Source of the DNA: Pavona decussata
Taxonomy: Eukaryota
Length of the DNA: 64,000 nt
NCBI GenBank assembly: GCA_977016875.1
Contig: CDRNST010000191.1
Location: forward strand, 992,001 to 1,056,000
Reading direction: 5' to 3'
Positions 1 to 15,000 of this stretch are shown piece by piece (positions within the stretch are counted from its first letter, which is position 1; the number at the start of each line of letters is the position of its first letter). Made by a program: the position numbers and the translations under genes. The notes beneath the pieces are model-generated. The model saw nothing but the letters and a program-made list of their open reading frames with translations, did not search any database and was not told where the DNA came from.

Positions 1-1739
1 CAACACAAAACAAAACAAAAGGCGTCGAATGTTTTGGTTGAGAGAAATGCATGCCCGGGTCGTAAAACGCAGAACCTGAAGTAAAATATTGGAGAACAAA
101 TTAGATCCAATGATTTCCAATTAAGATAAACCTCAACTGAGGAAGAGGAAGTAGGACCGCTTTATCCGGACGTTTTTTGTATATTTAATGAAAAACGTCC
201 GGCGGAAGTCATACAGTAAAATAACTTGGAACTGGAAGTCCCGCTGTTTGATTTTTTACTTTATACATAGCGTAAAATTTACATAGACTACTTTGACGGC
301 GTGATCAGTTAAATGAAAGTTAACGTGCCGTTCTCGGACGAAAGAAGCAATGATAAATTTTGATTGTATCTGCGGCGGTCTCCAACATAACGAGTTGTCC
401 TTAAAATGCGTGGCATGAAAAGTGAAATGAATCTGTGTTAAGCAGAATACTTAAACGCGGACTGTAGTGTGACTTCCCAGTGGCCGTTAGCCACCTTAGT
501 AAGTGGCAGGCCAATAATATAATTTTCAAGTTGACAGTTAATTAGCGGGCTATTAACAACCAGTAACCAATGTATTTTGACCGTCGCTTAATCAAGTGAT
601 TGCTTCTTTGTTAGGGCTTTTGAAAGAAGGCTGAAGCCAAGACCATGTTATTTGCAATGGCCTTGTCTCTATTCCAAGCACTAATCCATAACTGAAAACG
701 ACAGAAGAAAGCCGAGTAAGGGACATAATAATTAGTGGCCAAGCCGAACAAACGATTTAGTAAGTCTTTTGAAAGAAATAAAGCGCGTTCAGGAAGTTGT
801 TAACTGAGTTATCAGAGCACACATTAACCGAGTAAATAAACAAAATGTCACAAACTAAACGAGACAAACTGTAAGGCGATGAATGATGTCTTCATGGCAT
901 GACTGGGACACTTGGCGAATAACTATGTATGAGGATTATCTCCAGTACATAAAACTATTTCTATATTTATTCAGGACTCAGTAGAGTGAAAAAAAAAATC
1001 AGAGTTGAAGTCAGGTTCTCTGACTGCAGCATTTGGATCCGTGAAAAATCTATCGATATCTTTCTCTAAAACCGCTAAATCGCGGTTCTATTCTGTTTTA
1101 GATCATACTTGATGTAAGCAGGAACCTGGGAATATGGGAAATTGGACCAGTTAAGTAGGCATCTCGTTTCTTTTCGGCAAATATCAGTCCAGAGAAAATG
1201 AGTTAAATAAGGTAATACTATATGAGGTTGTATTTAAAAATACACTCAGCCATGCCTAAATCAAAACCGGAAGTTCTTGAATTATTGGTGTTTCCTTTTA
1301 CTGATTTGTTTACGGCAATTCAAAAATTTGCCTACGCGATCTGATGGCGTAATCACGGACGATCCATGGGTTAAACATAGGTTTTGTAACAAATAAATAT
1401 TAATGAAACAAGAGTACAACTCCGTCATTGGTTTGACTGTACATCAAACGACTGACTCTCGATCAGGATCTGTTTGGGAGATAACAATGAAATGCTGCTT
1501 CGCGAGACTGGACAGTGAAGAGCATTAATTAGTTTAATTATAATCATCGTAGTATGTTAATTTCGGTTCCCAGTGCTGGAGTTCCGGTTGTGAGTTTATA
1601 GATAGTGAGCTATAATACGCAACAGGGGGCCGAGGGAATTGAAGAGGACGACAAAATAATGTTGTGTGACTAACGTCAAAGCTGATTACTAAAGCATTTG
1701 GACGCGATCATATCTGATTAACCCAGGATTTACACTATG

Positions 1740-1995
1740 GGAGCAGGGATGGCGCTGTGGTGAGAGCACTCGCCTCCCACCAATGTGGCCCGAGTTCGAT
1801 TCCCGGTCTCGGCGTCATATGTGGGTTGAGTTTGTTGTTGGTTCTCGTCCCTGCTCCGAGGGTTTTTCTCCGGGTACTCCGGTTTTCCTCCCTCCACAAA
1901 AACCAATATTTCCAAATTCCAATTCGACCAGGAAACAGTGGAGAGAAGAGCCACTCCGTGGAGTCCACTGAAATTCCTATCTATTTATTTATCTA
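1740..1995 (+). mobile_element. tRNA-derived SINE
   Basis: tRNA-like head with A box (TGGCGCTGTGGTG) and B box (GTTCGATTCCC), short body, (TATT/TATC)n tail. Absent from the paralogous position near 26950. Confidence 0.8.
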
Positions 1996-2169
1996 ATCGT
2001 CGTGCATGATATGATAATAACAATTTTACAATAACAGTCCAAATTCCCGCGCACTGATTGGCTCGTAGCTATTGTCTATAAGAGTACAGACAATAAAAAT
2101 GACGTCAGATGTAACGCGCGCGCTTTCTCAACGAAAAAAATAGGCAATTCCGCTCGTACTTTTTCCATG

Positions 2170-2347
2170 TTATTGTAAAAAACAAATCGACGGCAATTCT
2201 CTATGGTCTATACTCTTATAGACCATAAAATGACGCCATAAAATGTCCAAAACTTGGCAGTGAAACCACTCGCCTGCGGCAGGGTTTTTTGACGTCATTT
2301 TATGGTCTATAAGAGTATAGACCATAGACAACTTCCGTCGATTTGTC
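2170..2347. repeat. Palindromic MITE-like repeat
   Basis: acaaatcgacgg...ctatggtctatactcttatagaccataaaatgacg is mirrored by cgtcattttatggtctataagagtatagaccatag...ccgtcgatttgt. Confidence 0.65.
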
Positions 2348-3553
2348 AAGAGGGAGTTAAGTTTCAATCTTACACCTGAGCGTTTCGTCCTTCTTGTCAG
2401 CTACCAAGGGAAGAAAACACAATCAAACAACCGTAAAACAGTCTTAACGCTACTACCATAAATGTCACAAAACTTAACAATTGTCATTGTATGAGTTTTA
2501 TTTGTTTAGTGTAGTTATAAAAATCTCACGAACTAAATGCAACTCATTTTAATGGATAAGCAAACTGCTCCTAGCACGGGATCTCATCCGCTGTTCGTAT
2601 AGGCTAACCGCCTTACTTAAATATGTTTATTCGCTCTACGCAGGTTCAAGAAATGCTTTATTCGTGAAAACCTCAGGTATTAATAACAATTTTTTTGGGT
2701 CCTCTTGTTTTCTGTTTACATTTTTATCTTAACTGTCTAGTTGGTAGAAGGTTTTCAGCAAACTGCTGTGAAACCGATTACGGCTTATCCTGTCTGGTAG
2801 AGTCTGTATGATCCAGGATTGTGAAACAGTATAGCCAGACATCTTTCCAGGTGGTGTTGGCATAGAATGTTTGGTTATCACTAAAGGTAAATTGGCCACC
2901 GTAAAGAGATTCCTCTGTTGATAAACCAAACATTCGTTTTTACTTCCCATCGATGCAGCACCGCAGTCTCTTTAGAAACTTACATCCTTATCCATATGGT
3001 TTTCACATGGGTATGGCTTCCAGGCGTTAAATCAAGCAGTAGTCCCGTATGCTTGATGAAGATGAAATTCTTCATTTTCTTTTTTGAAAAACTAAATACT
3101 AATAAACAATCACCACAAGTTTGAGAAAACTTTTACGACAACTTTCATTTCGAGTGAGTCACCTTAATTTACATGTTTTTGAGAAAGTATCAGACAATAA
3201 TTATGCAATTAAAGTTCCATTACCTTACTCGGTAGAAATTCTATTCTGTAAAAGAAATTCTGAGGTGTTACGCCTGCGTTTACTTAACTAAGTAAACTTG
3301 CGGTTTTCAATGCCGTCTTTTACAGTTTCCTCCCCGTTTTCGATCTCCTTGCTTGCTTGTTGACTTTAGGGATAAAATTGTTCCAAAAGGCTACTTCTTT
3401 TGTTCTATACTTCTGCTTCAATCTCGGCATCAAGTCGAGGGCCAGGTACAACTGCTCATCTTTGGTGAAAGGAGACCACGTGACTGGAGAGTTAGAATGA
3501 GAAGGAGTTGGAGACCTGGGAATGAAACAAACAAAGTTTTAGTAAGATTTCAA

Positions 3554-3670
3554 GCGTTCTCTGGTTAAAAGTTAGAAAACGAGCTTTCGATTGCAGTTTT
3601 GACAAGTGATGATTGCAAACTGGCAATCGAAAGCTCGTTAAATATTTTTTAACTTTTCACCAGACAACGC
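3554..3670. repeat. Short palindromic repeat in intron
   Basis: aacgagctttcgattgc ... gcaatcgaaagctcgtt inverted core with imperfect outer arms. Confidence 0.55.
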
Positions 3671-5703
3671 TTATTAGCTCTTACCCTGGTTACTTATCCT
3701 TTTTTAAAACATAAGGTTGTTTGTATAAGAACCAGCATAAAATTAACCGAGTTTCAATCGTCTTCTATTTCGTCTGTCGACCTTACCCAGATCACGTGAG
3801 TTTCAAAACTAACAATGTCACAACGAGTAGCCTGTGAACAGTACAGTCCTTTTTTCTTCAGAGCCTACACGCGAGTGAAAAGTAAAAGTTATGCAAATCA
3901 ACTTCGCCGCTCCCGAATGCAACGCACATTGCATAAATTAGGAAAGAATGCTGCTCACAGGCTAGACAGTGAGACTTGTCAGGTAACACAATATGGACTA
4001 CAAGAGCTCAAGCACTATGTTTAAGCGCAGTGTTCCTGCTTATAATTTATCTTAAAATGATCTAATCAATAATACGTTTGAGGGTGAGAGGTACTCCATT
4101 ATAACACCTACACTGGTATGTGCCGCCCAACAGGGTAGTGATTTTGCGGCGGCTGTTCTATAAAACAGGGTATCCGTATTCCAGGCGCTTTCTGTGACAG
4201 CCTGTAACTTAGCTGATAGAGGTGCTCCATTAGCTGTAGTATTTCGGATGTATATTTAGCCGGTAAATTTCGAGAACAGGCTATCAAGAAAATTGTCGTT
4301 TCTGGGTGGCACATACCCACCTAACATACTCCTGCCCTTTTCCCCCATCCCGGGTACTAAATATGCTAAGCATTGAATCATAAATATGCGTGAAGGAAAA
4401 CACATGAGCAAGTACTAGTCTGATAAATCGCTCACTGAGCAGATACGCAGGACTGACACACCTGGAGTAAAGGATAATTGGGTTCTCTCATCACTCCAGC
4501 CGTCAATAGGGGTGGTGCGGCTCCATTGGATATAGTTCTGAACAACTGGGTTTTCTACTCAAACTATACTTGTATTGAGGATATTCCTTATATTAACATG
4601 GTTTAATAAATCAGGCCCCTAAAGCCCACATTTTTCTTCATCTTAGGTCTCCAAGGTCCTGCAATCTTTTAGAAGCCTGATTTCATGAACAATAGTCACT
4701 GACTTTAATTAAAGTGAACAGTTTTGTCATTTTCTCGGCTTTTCCATCACTCTCCTGCTGTTAAGAAAGGTGGGTACGTAAAAAGGAAAGTACTTCTTAC
4801 CCGACTTTAGCGAAGTCTGTCCACATTTTCATGACATACCAACTAAATCCTTTCTCGATGTCGGAATACCTGGGAGTACAAAAGTCATCCAGCGAAGAAA
4901 GGCGCTTGAAAGGCGCGCCAAACACAAAGCCGACATCTCTTCCATGAACCTCACCAGCACAGTGAGAGGAGGGAGAAATATCAGGACGATGCTCCAAGAC
5001 ATACATATAAACTCGGTTTCCAGCCTGGTTTTTCAAGATGGAATGAAAGCATGAGTTACTGAAGAGTTACAATTTTTTTCAATACTTTTCAATGGGAGAA
5101 CTGAATTCTTAACCTATTTAGCGCTGAATTTGAATATTCATAACTTTTTTGATGGTAAAACAAACAGCTCTAAACTTGGTGATTGGTCGTGTGCCTTTAT
5201 GTTTTCATGTCAACGAGATTCTGATTGTTCATATTTGCCAGATTTGGATTTTGGGTCCCTTTTTATGAGGAATTTAGTTTATTACCACCATTTTCACTCT
5301 AATTTACTTGTTTTGATAAATTTTGAACAAGTTTGGGCAGTAATTCTTCTGCGGTTGTGGACATATCCAATAGATCTGAGATTGTAATTACAAGATGGGG
5401 GCTGTAAAGAACAAATTACTTGAATTTCACGGGATACGACGACGTGAAACACTTTGCGAACCATACAATATATTCTCAAAGACTTACTATCGTAGACTAA
5501 ATGGCCTTAAACTTACGAAGATCCCTTCCCTCGTATCAGTTACATAAATAATCGACAAAGAAATGTCACTTTGGAAGTCCCAAACGTGCTAGTTGGCCAC
5601 AGTTAACAACGCTGTCAGATTACGAGGGTTTCCAGATAAAAACAAAACAAAACAAAAAACACTGAGTTTTCGAGAAACGAAACAATTGTCGTAATTTAGC
5701 ATT

Positions 5704-5706
5704 TGT

Positions 5707-5737
<31 letters not shown>

Positions 5738-5738
5738 G
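5704..5738 (+). repeat. (TG)n microsatellite followed by poly-G
   Basis: Seen directly. Confidence 0.9.
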
Positions 5739-5820
5739 GAATTCTGTCATAGCATGACCGCCACAACCTGAGACAATGTGATAATCTCTTTATCTAATTC
5801 AATCAGTTAATTCGAATTTA

Positions 5821-6960
<1,140 letters not shown>

Positions 6961-9142
6961 CAAATGATCTCGTGAAAAGGTATGAAATAGGGAGAACAGT
7001 GAGATCTGTGGGAGAGTGGAATCGAATGCCATGGACAATGAATTGTCGTGGATAGTGAAATGAAGTGCAAGGAGGAATGGTGAAGACAGTGGACTGTCGT
7101 GTTAAGTGGATTTGGGTCGACAGCAGGATGCTGAGGACAGGCGAATGTCAGCTCTGCAGCGATCTGTGACTGACCTCCTAAGACAGCGTGATGGGCTGAA
7201 AAATTATTCCGGTCTGTCTTTAACCACATAAACAAACAAAGAAAAGGAAGGTAACAGCTGCCATGGATAACATCCGTGGGTACATCTTCAGAGACCCCCA
7301 AAAAAGACGACGAGCGAAAGTTTCATAGAGTGGAACGGAATGGTCCCTGAAAAGCTTTCGATCACAAATCTCTATTTCGCTAAGAAATAGGCGTCCCAGG
7401 TCTCTGAGGATGTTCTGAGTGCACCATGTGAAAATAAAGTGCGTAGATATTAGATCCAAATCTACCTTTCTTTTCCTTTCGCTTTCATATTTCGGATCTT
7501 TGTTATTCAGTACAGGGTCTAGACCCCCTTTTCGCGTATGCTTTAATTTAGAAGCTGAATGACCTAGCTAGCTTTGAAGCGCCATTAACTTAAATGCCTT
7601 TAAACGGGAGAATACTAGTGTGCGGAATGCCTTTTGTGGGTTCAACAGCAAATCGGGCGAGTACTATCAGTGCTTATTTTGCTCCAGATCAACATCAGGA
7701 GTTACTAACAACAAAACCATGCTTTAAAATACTCTAATCTTACCCTTCAATGATCAAGACATAAAATAAACAATCACCTGGTCAAACATCCCATAATTTC
7801 CCTTGATGTTAGTCCCTGGAATTTTCAGGAACCCTAGAACTCCAAGTCTGTAGTTGAAGGTGACCACGATGACGTCATTGAAGGCTGCCAACACGTGACC
7901 TGGGTACTCAGTTGAAGAACCGTGTTTAAACGCTCCACCGTGAATCCACACCATGACCGCCATCTTGGCATCGGGCTTGATGGTTGATGGCACAAACACA
8001 TTCAAGAAAAGGCAATCTTCATTTTCTGTGGAAAATAAATTGTGATCTAGTTGCGATGATTATTTTCGTTCGGCGGAGCGGAGGAAAGCAATAGTACACT
8101 TGTTAAAATTTGTTCAAACTGAATAGTTAAAAATAATTTAATGTATGGATGGGCGAAAGGAAACTCAATTGATTGAAACATGGATATCTTTCATGATAAG
8201 TTGAGATAATTTAACTTCTATACTTGCAGAACCTTTTTATGAACGGAGAAAAATCATTCATCCACCAGGAGATGGGAATATTGTTTGGTTCAAAGACCGT
8301 GATTTCTCACACTTTGTGAAAGAACTCTTCAGCGCAAAACAAAAGTAGGTAATTGTAGGTAACCTCGGCTTGAGTTCATGCCTTCCCATCAAAGATACCG
8401 TCGGGTAATGCTTGACAAATATGGAGTTAACTTAATAAGTATTGCTTTTCACATGATACTGGCGTTTTAAGTGTAAAAACCCAAGATCAATCAATCCTGA
8501 CACATTTTTATCGGATATATAACTATGACCTAACTCCCTAACCTTTTCCAACTTCACTGGTGAAATTAGGTACAGGAAACTCTGGCTGGGGACAAGCTGC
8601 TCCAAATTCTTTCACTTCTTTGATTCCTCTCCAAGGTTTGATGGGTATTGGAGCAGCAAATCTTAATATTCCGACCGGCGGTTCAGCATACGGGATACCA
8701 AGATACTCGCGCACTGATTTTCCGTATGCAAGGGCCTCGATCTTGCCAACAACTGCACCTGACTCGGTCCATACCTTGGGAGCGCTGCCATTACCTTCTT
8801 GATGCTGAAGGATTTTTGTAACATATGAGAAAATTCAGAGAAACGACAGAAAGCTTAAATGCTGCCATTTCATACCAAGCACAAATATAAGACCTAAGTG
8901 GAGTATTATTCGTGGAGTGTTGCTGGGCAACGACCGATAAAAAATTAAGTGAGGCAATGCTAGTGGATGAGGTCAGAGGTGAGGAGGTAAGCTTACAGAG
9001 TAAAAAGAAAATCTTGCAAAGCGAAATAGTTGCGGAATAAATTCAGGCTGAAAAAAATTGAAACTAAGTTGAGTCGCTACATTTATAGGTAAGATTTTAA
9101 ACACGGCCTCCAAGAAAAGCAGCATTTATGGTTTTATTATAT

Positions 9143-9373
9143 TTTAGAATAAAAATGAGCGATATAAAGAGTGAATGACGTTTCGATGACTCCATGTCAT
9201 CATTATCAAGTCAAGCTTTGGTTTTATGTTCTTGATAAACAGCATCTTTTATCAGGAACATAAAACCAAAACTTAACACGCAGTAGGATTCAGTTCGCAC
9301 CAAACTTTTTACATAACAATTGAATACTTCAACTCTCTTGTTTATTCCCTAAATATTTTCACACTTTTGTTAC

Positions 9374-9404
<31 letters not shown>

Positions 9405-9495
9405 GTTTACCATGTATTTCGAACTTGATAATATAATGATGACGTGGAGTCATCGAAACGTCGTTCACTCTTTATATCGCTCATTTTATTCTAAA
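9143..9495. repeat. Inverted pair of Penelope-like terminal fragments around (TA)n, with hammerhead-like cores
   Basis: About 70-bp inverted arms at 9143-9211 and 9423-9495, (TA)n at 9374-9398; each arm contains TTGATAA...GATGAC-loop-GTCATC-GAAACGTC. Confidence 0.55.
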
Positions 9496-9963
9496 GTGCT
9501 TCACGAAACCTTTTATCATAAGATGGTATATTTTAACTTTTATAATTCTAGTAAGGTAGCTAGATAGTTAGTTGATAATGATAATTATGTAGCTGATGGA
9601 AATACCGTGTATAAATAAAGTTATCCTATCCTAAATTGATCCAACCGAGACCGTCCATCCCTATCCACTCTACCTCTCCACATTTGCTATGATGGACGGG
9701 AGGGAGAAGGGAGGGGGGCTAAGGAAATGAAATAAATCGGATCGGATAGACCAGAAACTCACCAAGACAGTATCTTCATTTGTTACGGCTTGAGTAAAAT
9801 AACGTGCTCGCGGAGTAGTATTAGGCTCTGAAACGAAAACATTTCCAATTTTAATGTAAACGTATTCCAAACTATTCTTTTTGATTTCATCAGATAACTT
9901 TAGAGACAGATTATTTTATTTGCTTTTTTTTAAGGAGGAAGGATGCGGTTTGGCCAAACACCT

Positions 9964-12034
9964 CTAAAAACCTGCAAAGATTTAAAACACGTCTTCGTTA
10001 CTACTCAAAAAAAACTTGAACGATGTTCGTATTCGCAAAATTAAACGTTGTGCTCGCACGCTCGTAAATACTCACAGGCACCATTTGATTCCGAAAAGGG
10101 GGAGGAGAAAGTCAGAGAAAAAACATGAGCCATATCATAGTAGACATCAACAAGAGAGGATGAAGGTAAGTAAAAAATGAAAAAGGGGATGCAGAAATAA
10201 ATAAATAATAGTAAAAATGACAAGAGGACTTGGAGGATAGATAACACGCCAAAGATGTTTCTTTGGAAGTCCGCCATGGGGAGTGATAACGTCATATGAC
10301 GTGCAAACACGGTACGATTTCAAACTGGTGGCTGTGTTGGATCCGCCATCTTCGATTCCCTAAACTCTTAGAAAACCACCGAAACTTACCCAAAAGTATT
10401 CAAAATAATAAAAAGACACGAAAATAAATTGTAAGAAAGTTGATTTTTTTACACTAAAAACATGATCATGAACCTACCGTTTTCTAAAAACCCTGCTGGT
10501 CAGAATTTGGTTGTTATGGCAACACCAAATTCAGTGAACCCTAATCTACAATCATCGTCTACTGTTTTCAGATAAATTTCTAAGAACGTCTCGAAGTTTC
10601 ATGTCGTTTGTACAATCGTTAAACTTCAAAGTCGGCGCGGACAGAATCCCCTCCCCCGGTCTTGATAGGCTTCAATATTATGTTATTAGCAAGTGCAAAA
10701 GTTGTTTACCTCGATTGGGTTTTAGACGAATGGTTACTTTGAGAATATATGGACCAGTCTCCTTAAACGATGCATTACCGAGATGCGTTTTAATTAAGAT
10801 CTGAAGCCTTTCGTCACTCTTTCTTATTGCCGTCAGCAGTATGGATCCTTGTGTTTCATTCAATCGTTCGCCAAAGGCTGGCGTTCGATGGAAGTCTGGG
10901 TACAGAATACAGCGGTTGGTGTCGCAGTAAGCAAATCTCATAAGGCTTTTGGAGTCAAGTAGTTCTACGCTATGAACCCGTTTCCAGGGCAAAATGTTCA
11001 TCATCTGGCTGGTCAGGTTAACATTGTCACCAATATGAGTCCAGATGCCTATGATGATAAAAAAAATAAGCTTGTTAAGACTGAGATGCTTTCCGACGCC
11101 AGATAACGTCTAAGCTATTTTCCGACCAGCTAGAAAGTACGCGGGAAAGCGCTTAGAAGGTGCGCTAACCTGAGTAGTAACCTGATGAGGTGAATTGTTC
11201 CCGGCCCGTTATTGTATTTCTTCGATAATACAATTCTTTATTTAGACGATCCCAGTAAAAGCAAATGGATGGCTTTACACAAGAAAAACCGTTATTCGTG
11301 TCCTCAGCCTTGCCAGCTTGAAAGTGTTACCCGAACCTTTTTATTTCTCTTGTAAACCTGTCCTCAGTGAACTGATTCTCAAGCGTCTCACGTGACTAGC
11401 CGTAAGTTGTAATCAGAATTCGCTACCGCCTTCCTTTCCTGCCAAACCCAACTACGATCGAGAGCAGGGCGGGTTTAGCCAGATCTTGTTTACTTTTGTG
11501 TTTTTTTTTTTTTCTGAAAATTTAACTGAAGCGTGACAACTAAATGGCTAGTACGGTTTCTGGCTAAGAACGTAACACTGAGTGGGGGCACATCATCTGT
11601 CCTTTACCTCAATGAAAGGGCTTCTGAACACGTGGAAAATGACAAACCTAAACTCGGTGGTGTTTTGAACAAATGCAATATAATGTCACTAAACTTACAT
11701 TCCAGAGACAAATTGATCTTGGTTCGAATGGGGTCAGAATCCTCTGCCCACCGGTGAACTGTACACCAAAATTCCACACTCATATTCCGCGATGAGCGCT
11801 TAATACTTAAGGCTCCATTGGAAACTGATGCATGTATCCCATATTCTTCTAGTGACTCCTTCAACACAACGCAGTTTAATTTTCCGTTACAGTAAGCGAC
11901 CCGGGTTCCGTGCTTCTTGTCACGAGAATCCCTCACTTCCCAGTCAAGACGTCCGCTTTGGTTTAATTCTCTTAATGCTTCGCAATTCAATGTGATATCC
12001 CCATTAGAGCATTCATTTAGCGTTCTAACGGATC
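9964..12034 (-). CDS. Putative two-Ig-domain extracellular protein; exons 12034-11699, 11048-10710, 9971-9964; candidate hydrophobic leader exon at about 15880-16010
   Basis: Two ~340-bp phase-1/phase-1 exons. The first reads DITLNC...LDWEV...NGALSIKR...VEFWCTV (Ig C-W-C pattern); the second reads GDNVNLT...GSILLTAIRKSD. A short terminal exon (GF*) is followed by a minus-strand AATAAA near 9915. Start codon not resolved. Confidence 0.55.
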
Positions 12035-15000
12035 CTAAGAAAAAGAAGTATGTAAGTTGTGGAACCTTAAATTTTACGGATTAATTATAGAAAATCTGGC
12101 AAATACATTCCCCTGGCGCTATGGTAAGAGACCTTGTGAACCCTCTCGTTGGATCCTTCCCCCCTATAAGGTTTTATGTTTTTCAATACTGAGTAGGTTA
12201 GCGCTGGTGCGGTGCCTTTATGTGGCCAGATGGCTTGAGTGCGCCTGCAACCTTTAGTGCTGTACTGTGGAATTTGAACGATGTAAGCTTTGTGCCCATG
12301 AAAGAATATAAACTACAAAGTCAAATGAGTCCTCATGATTGGAGCCATTTTAAAGTACTCCGCACGGCAAACGAGATAAAAAAAGCAAAAAGGTCTTATT
12401 ACGTTTGTGGTCTTAATTACTTTACTGACAACAGTAAAAAATCATGAATGGAAAAATAACAGGTTAGCGATTAATGAAATTGAACTCGAACGACCTATTA
12501 TAGGAACTACTATAGGAGAATCTTTGCTTACGTCCTTGTCTACATTTTGCCTCATTAGCATGAAACTAAAAGCTTCGAATTGACTGGACACTATAAACTA
12601 AAAGAGCATGCTCGGTAATCTGTCTGATTTGTACTAATTGTTCATGTTAAATACTCTCAGAGAAATCAGCTTTCAAAAACATGAAAATATCCAAAGAATG
12701 TATGGCTGGGTAGCAAGAGTGCAATTATTCTTTATATATTTTGCCGTTGATGGAGGTCATTAATCTAACACAACTCCAAAACAAATCCTATTATCTTGGC
12801 CATAAAATGGCGCAAGAAATGATGGCGAGTTTGAAGTTTTTATTTTATGAGACTGTTTATAACTTTAGCCCCGCCCCCCCCCCAAAAAAAAATAATAAAA
12901 AATAAATAAATAAATAAATTACTACATGGTGAGTGTAATTTACATAATTACATAATTATGCGAGATCTCATCGATGCCGAATGAGTTATAAAGAAAATGA
13001 ACTGAAGCGCGTGTTCTGTTTTCGCGCCAATTTTGCATGAGCACCATCTCTTTATGATATTACGGGCTCTAGAATAACAACTAAGCGGCAGGGATCGAGA
13101 ATAAGAAAATACAAGCCTGGAAAAGGAAATGTCTGATCGCTGGTTAGCGAAAAATAAAAAACCCCGCACTCATCATCTAAAACTCATTCCGCAAAATCAT
13201 ATTCTGTATAATCGGCAGAAGTTATGCCACGTCACCGTTTATAAAAAGCGAGGAAAATTGCTTTCCAGGAAAAAACCTATTTCCGGCCTAACGGGAATTT
13301 TCGCTTGTAATATTGCTATACTTTTCACTTAAGGGAATTTCCCGAAGAACTGATATCACCACTTCCTGTTAGTTCAGAATATTCCGCGTTAGCAAAACAC
13401 CAGTTCTAAAACTAATTAACTCTTCTAGTAACCGGCCGATGCCGCTTTTTCAACTCAGTCTCTCCGTTTTACATAGAAAATGACGTGTTTAACAAAACCT
13501 CAAGAAAAAACAGGACCTCAAACAGAAACAAAATTAAAAGAGCAAGGCAAACGTCATTTACCTGAAGTGCCGAATAAAGTCAGTTTACCTGTGAACAAAA
13601 CCAGAATTAAATCAGTCCTTTCATAAATTAACTCGCATTCAATATCGATAAAGATTAAATAGTCAGACATGGCCAAGAACATTAGACACGATCATCAAGG
13701 ATTTTGACCGATTTGCTGAGAAAGCGTTGTAAAAATCCATTACTGTGGCCAAGACAAATGTGAGCCAATTTGCGAAAAGGGGGATAAAGGTGACTAAAAA
13801 TAACTCAGCATTTTAATGTGTTTACAAACACACTGAAAACGGAGTTTTAAAACTTTTAACACATTTAAGCACCGGGTCGGGCTGTGTTTCACTTTGCTAT
13901 AAAATGATAATCCTAGGACTGAAGAATTCATGATAAATAATGCTTCGATATGAAGCCTTGAAACTGCATAATTCGCTTTGCTTGCATATAGATAAATTAT
14001 TGCTTTAAAATTTCTGTTCGAGGTTACAATTGTTGTTTTGCCAGCGTTTTAGACGTGTTTAAACAGCGTTTACACGCATTGAAACGGTGTTAAGCCCCCT
14101 TTTTGTTTAAAACACTAAAACACGTTTTTCATCTGTAGTAATTCCTTTTTTGCAAATACGCGGGATCACAACTTATGAGATATATGTCTTGGGTTCTAGA
14201 GGGCAAATTAGCATTTATCACTGAACACCCAACAAGACAATAAGGTATATTTTAAAATCACTAAAATATTGTTATCAGAGCATTCGAAACTGAAATAGCG
14301 TCAATTGGATCTCCAAGGATAGTGTCGTTTCTTGGAACTGGTTAATTGTACTCCGTCACACCCAAAAAAACAAAACCTGATCTTCCGCCGAGTCAAATCG
14401 TGTTCTGCTCAGCAGGTGTCACGTTCTGAATACAACTGGACGAGTAATTAAATACTCAGCTAAATTAATACAATGCCTGCGACTACCTTAGCTTCAACTA
14501 GACCTTTTTTTATGTTACATGAGTTTAAAATTCGAGAACTTCGTTCGATCCCCTCAGTTCAGGGCAAACAACCTGTGTTGTAAGAAGACTCGACTGATAC
14601 GGACCAGTATCCGGCACCGAGTCTAATTATAAACCTATTAATAGCAGGATTCATATATTTAACGGTATCAAAACGAAACTGCGTTATGTAAAAGATTGAT
14701 TGTTGTATAAGGCTGCCGAAGTTAACCAGTTGTGATTTAAATTTGGTGAATCATGTATTAATTCGACCAGAAACGCAGGCTATGAACTGTTAATTTACGA
14801 GTTTTATCATTATTATTCTTAATGTTTTCTTTATTCTTAATTGGGGAGTATTAACATAGGGATTACCTCTTTACTTCCCTTTCAAGATGTTATTTTTGTG
14901 ACTTAGGCTTACATCTTGAATAAACTGTGTATGAACTGTGACTAGACTTTGAAATCACAAAGTAGGTAGTCACTCAGTTCTGTGAGGTGTTTGAGTGACT

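Noticed and set aside
1730-1996. Four overlapping small ORFs or a tRNA gene
   Set aside because: All lie within a SINE; the tRNA-like head runs into the SINE body with no complete cloverleaf evident.
2700-2980. Possible Penelope/GIY-YIG 3' remnant
   Set aside because: Too short and decayed to support a call.
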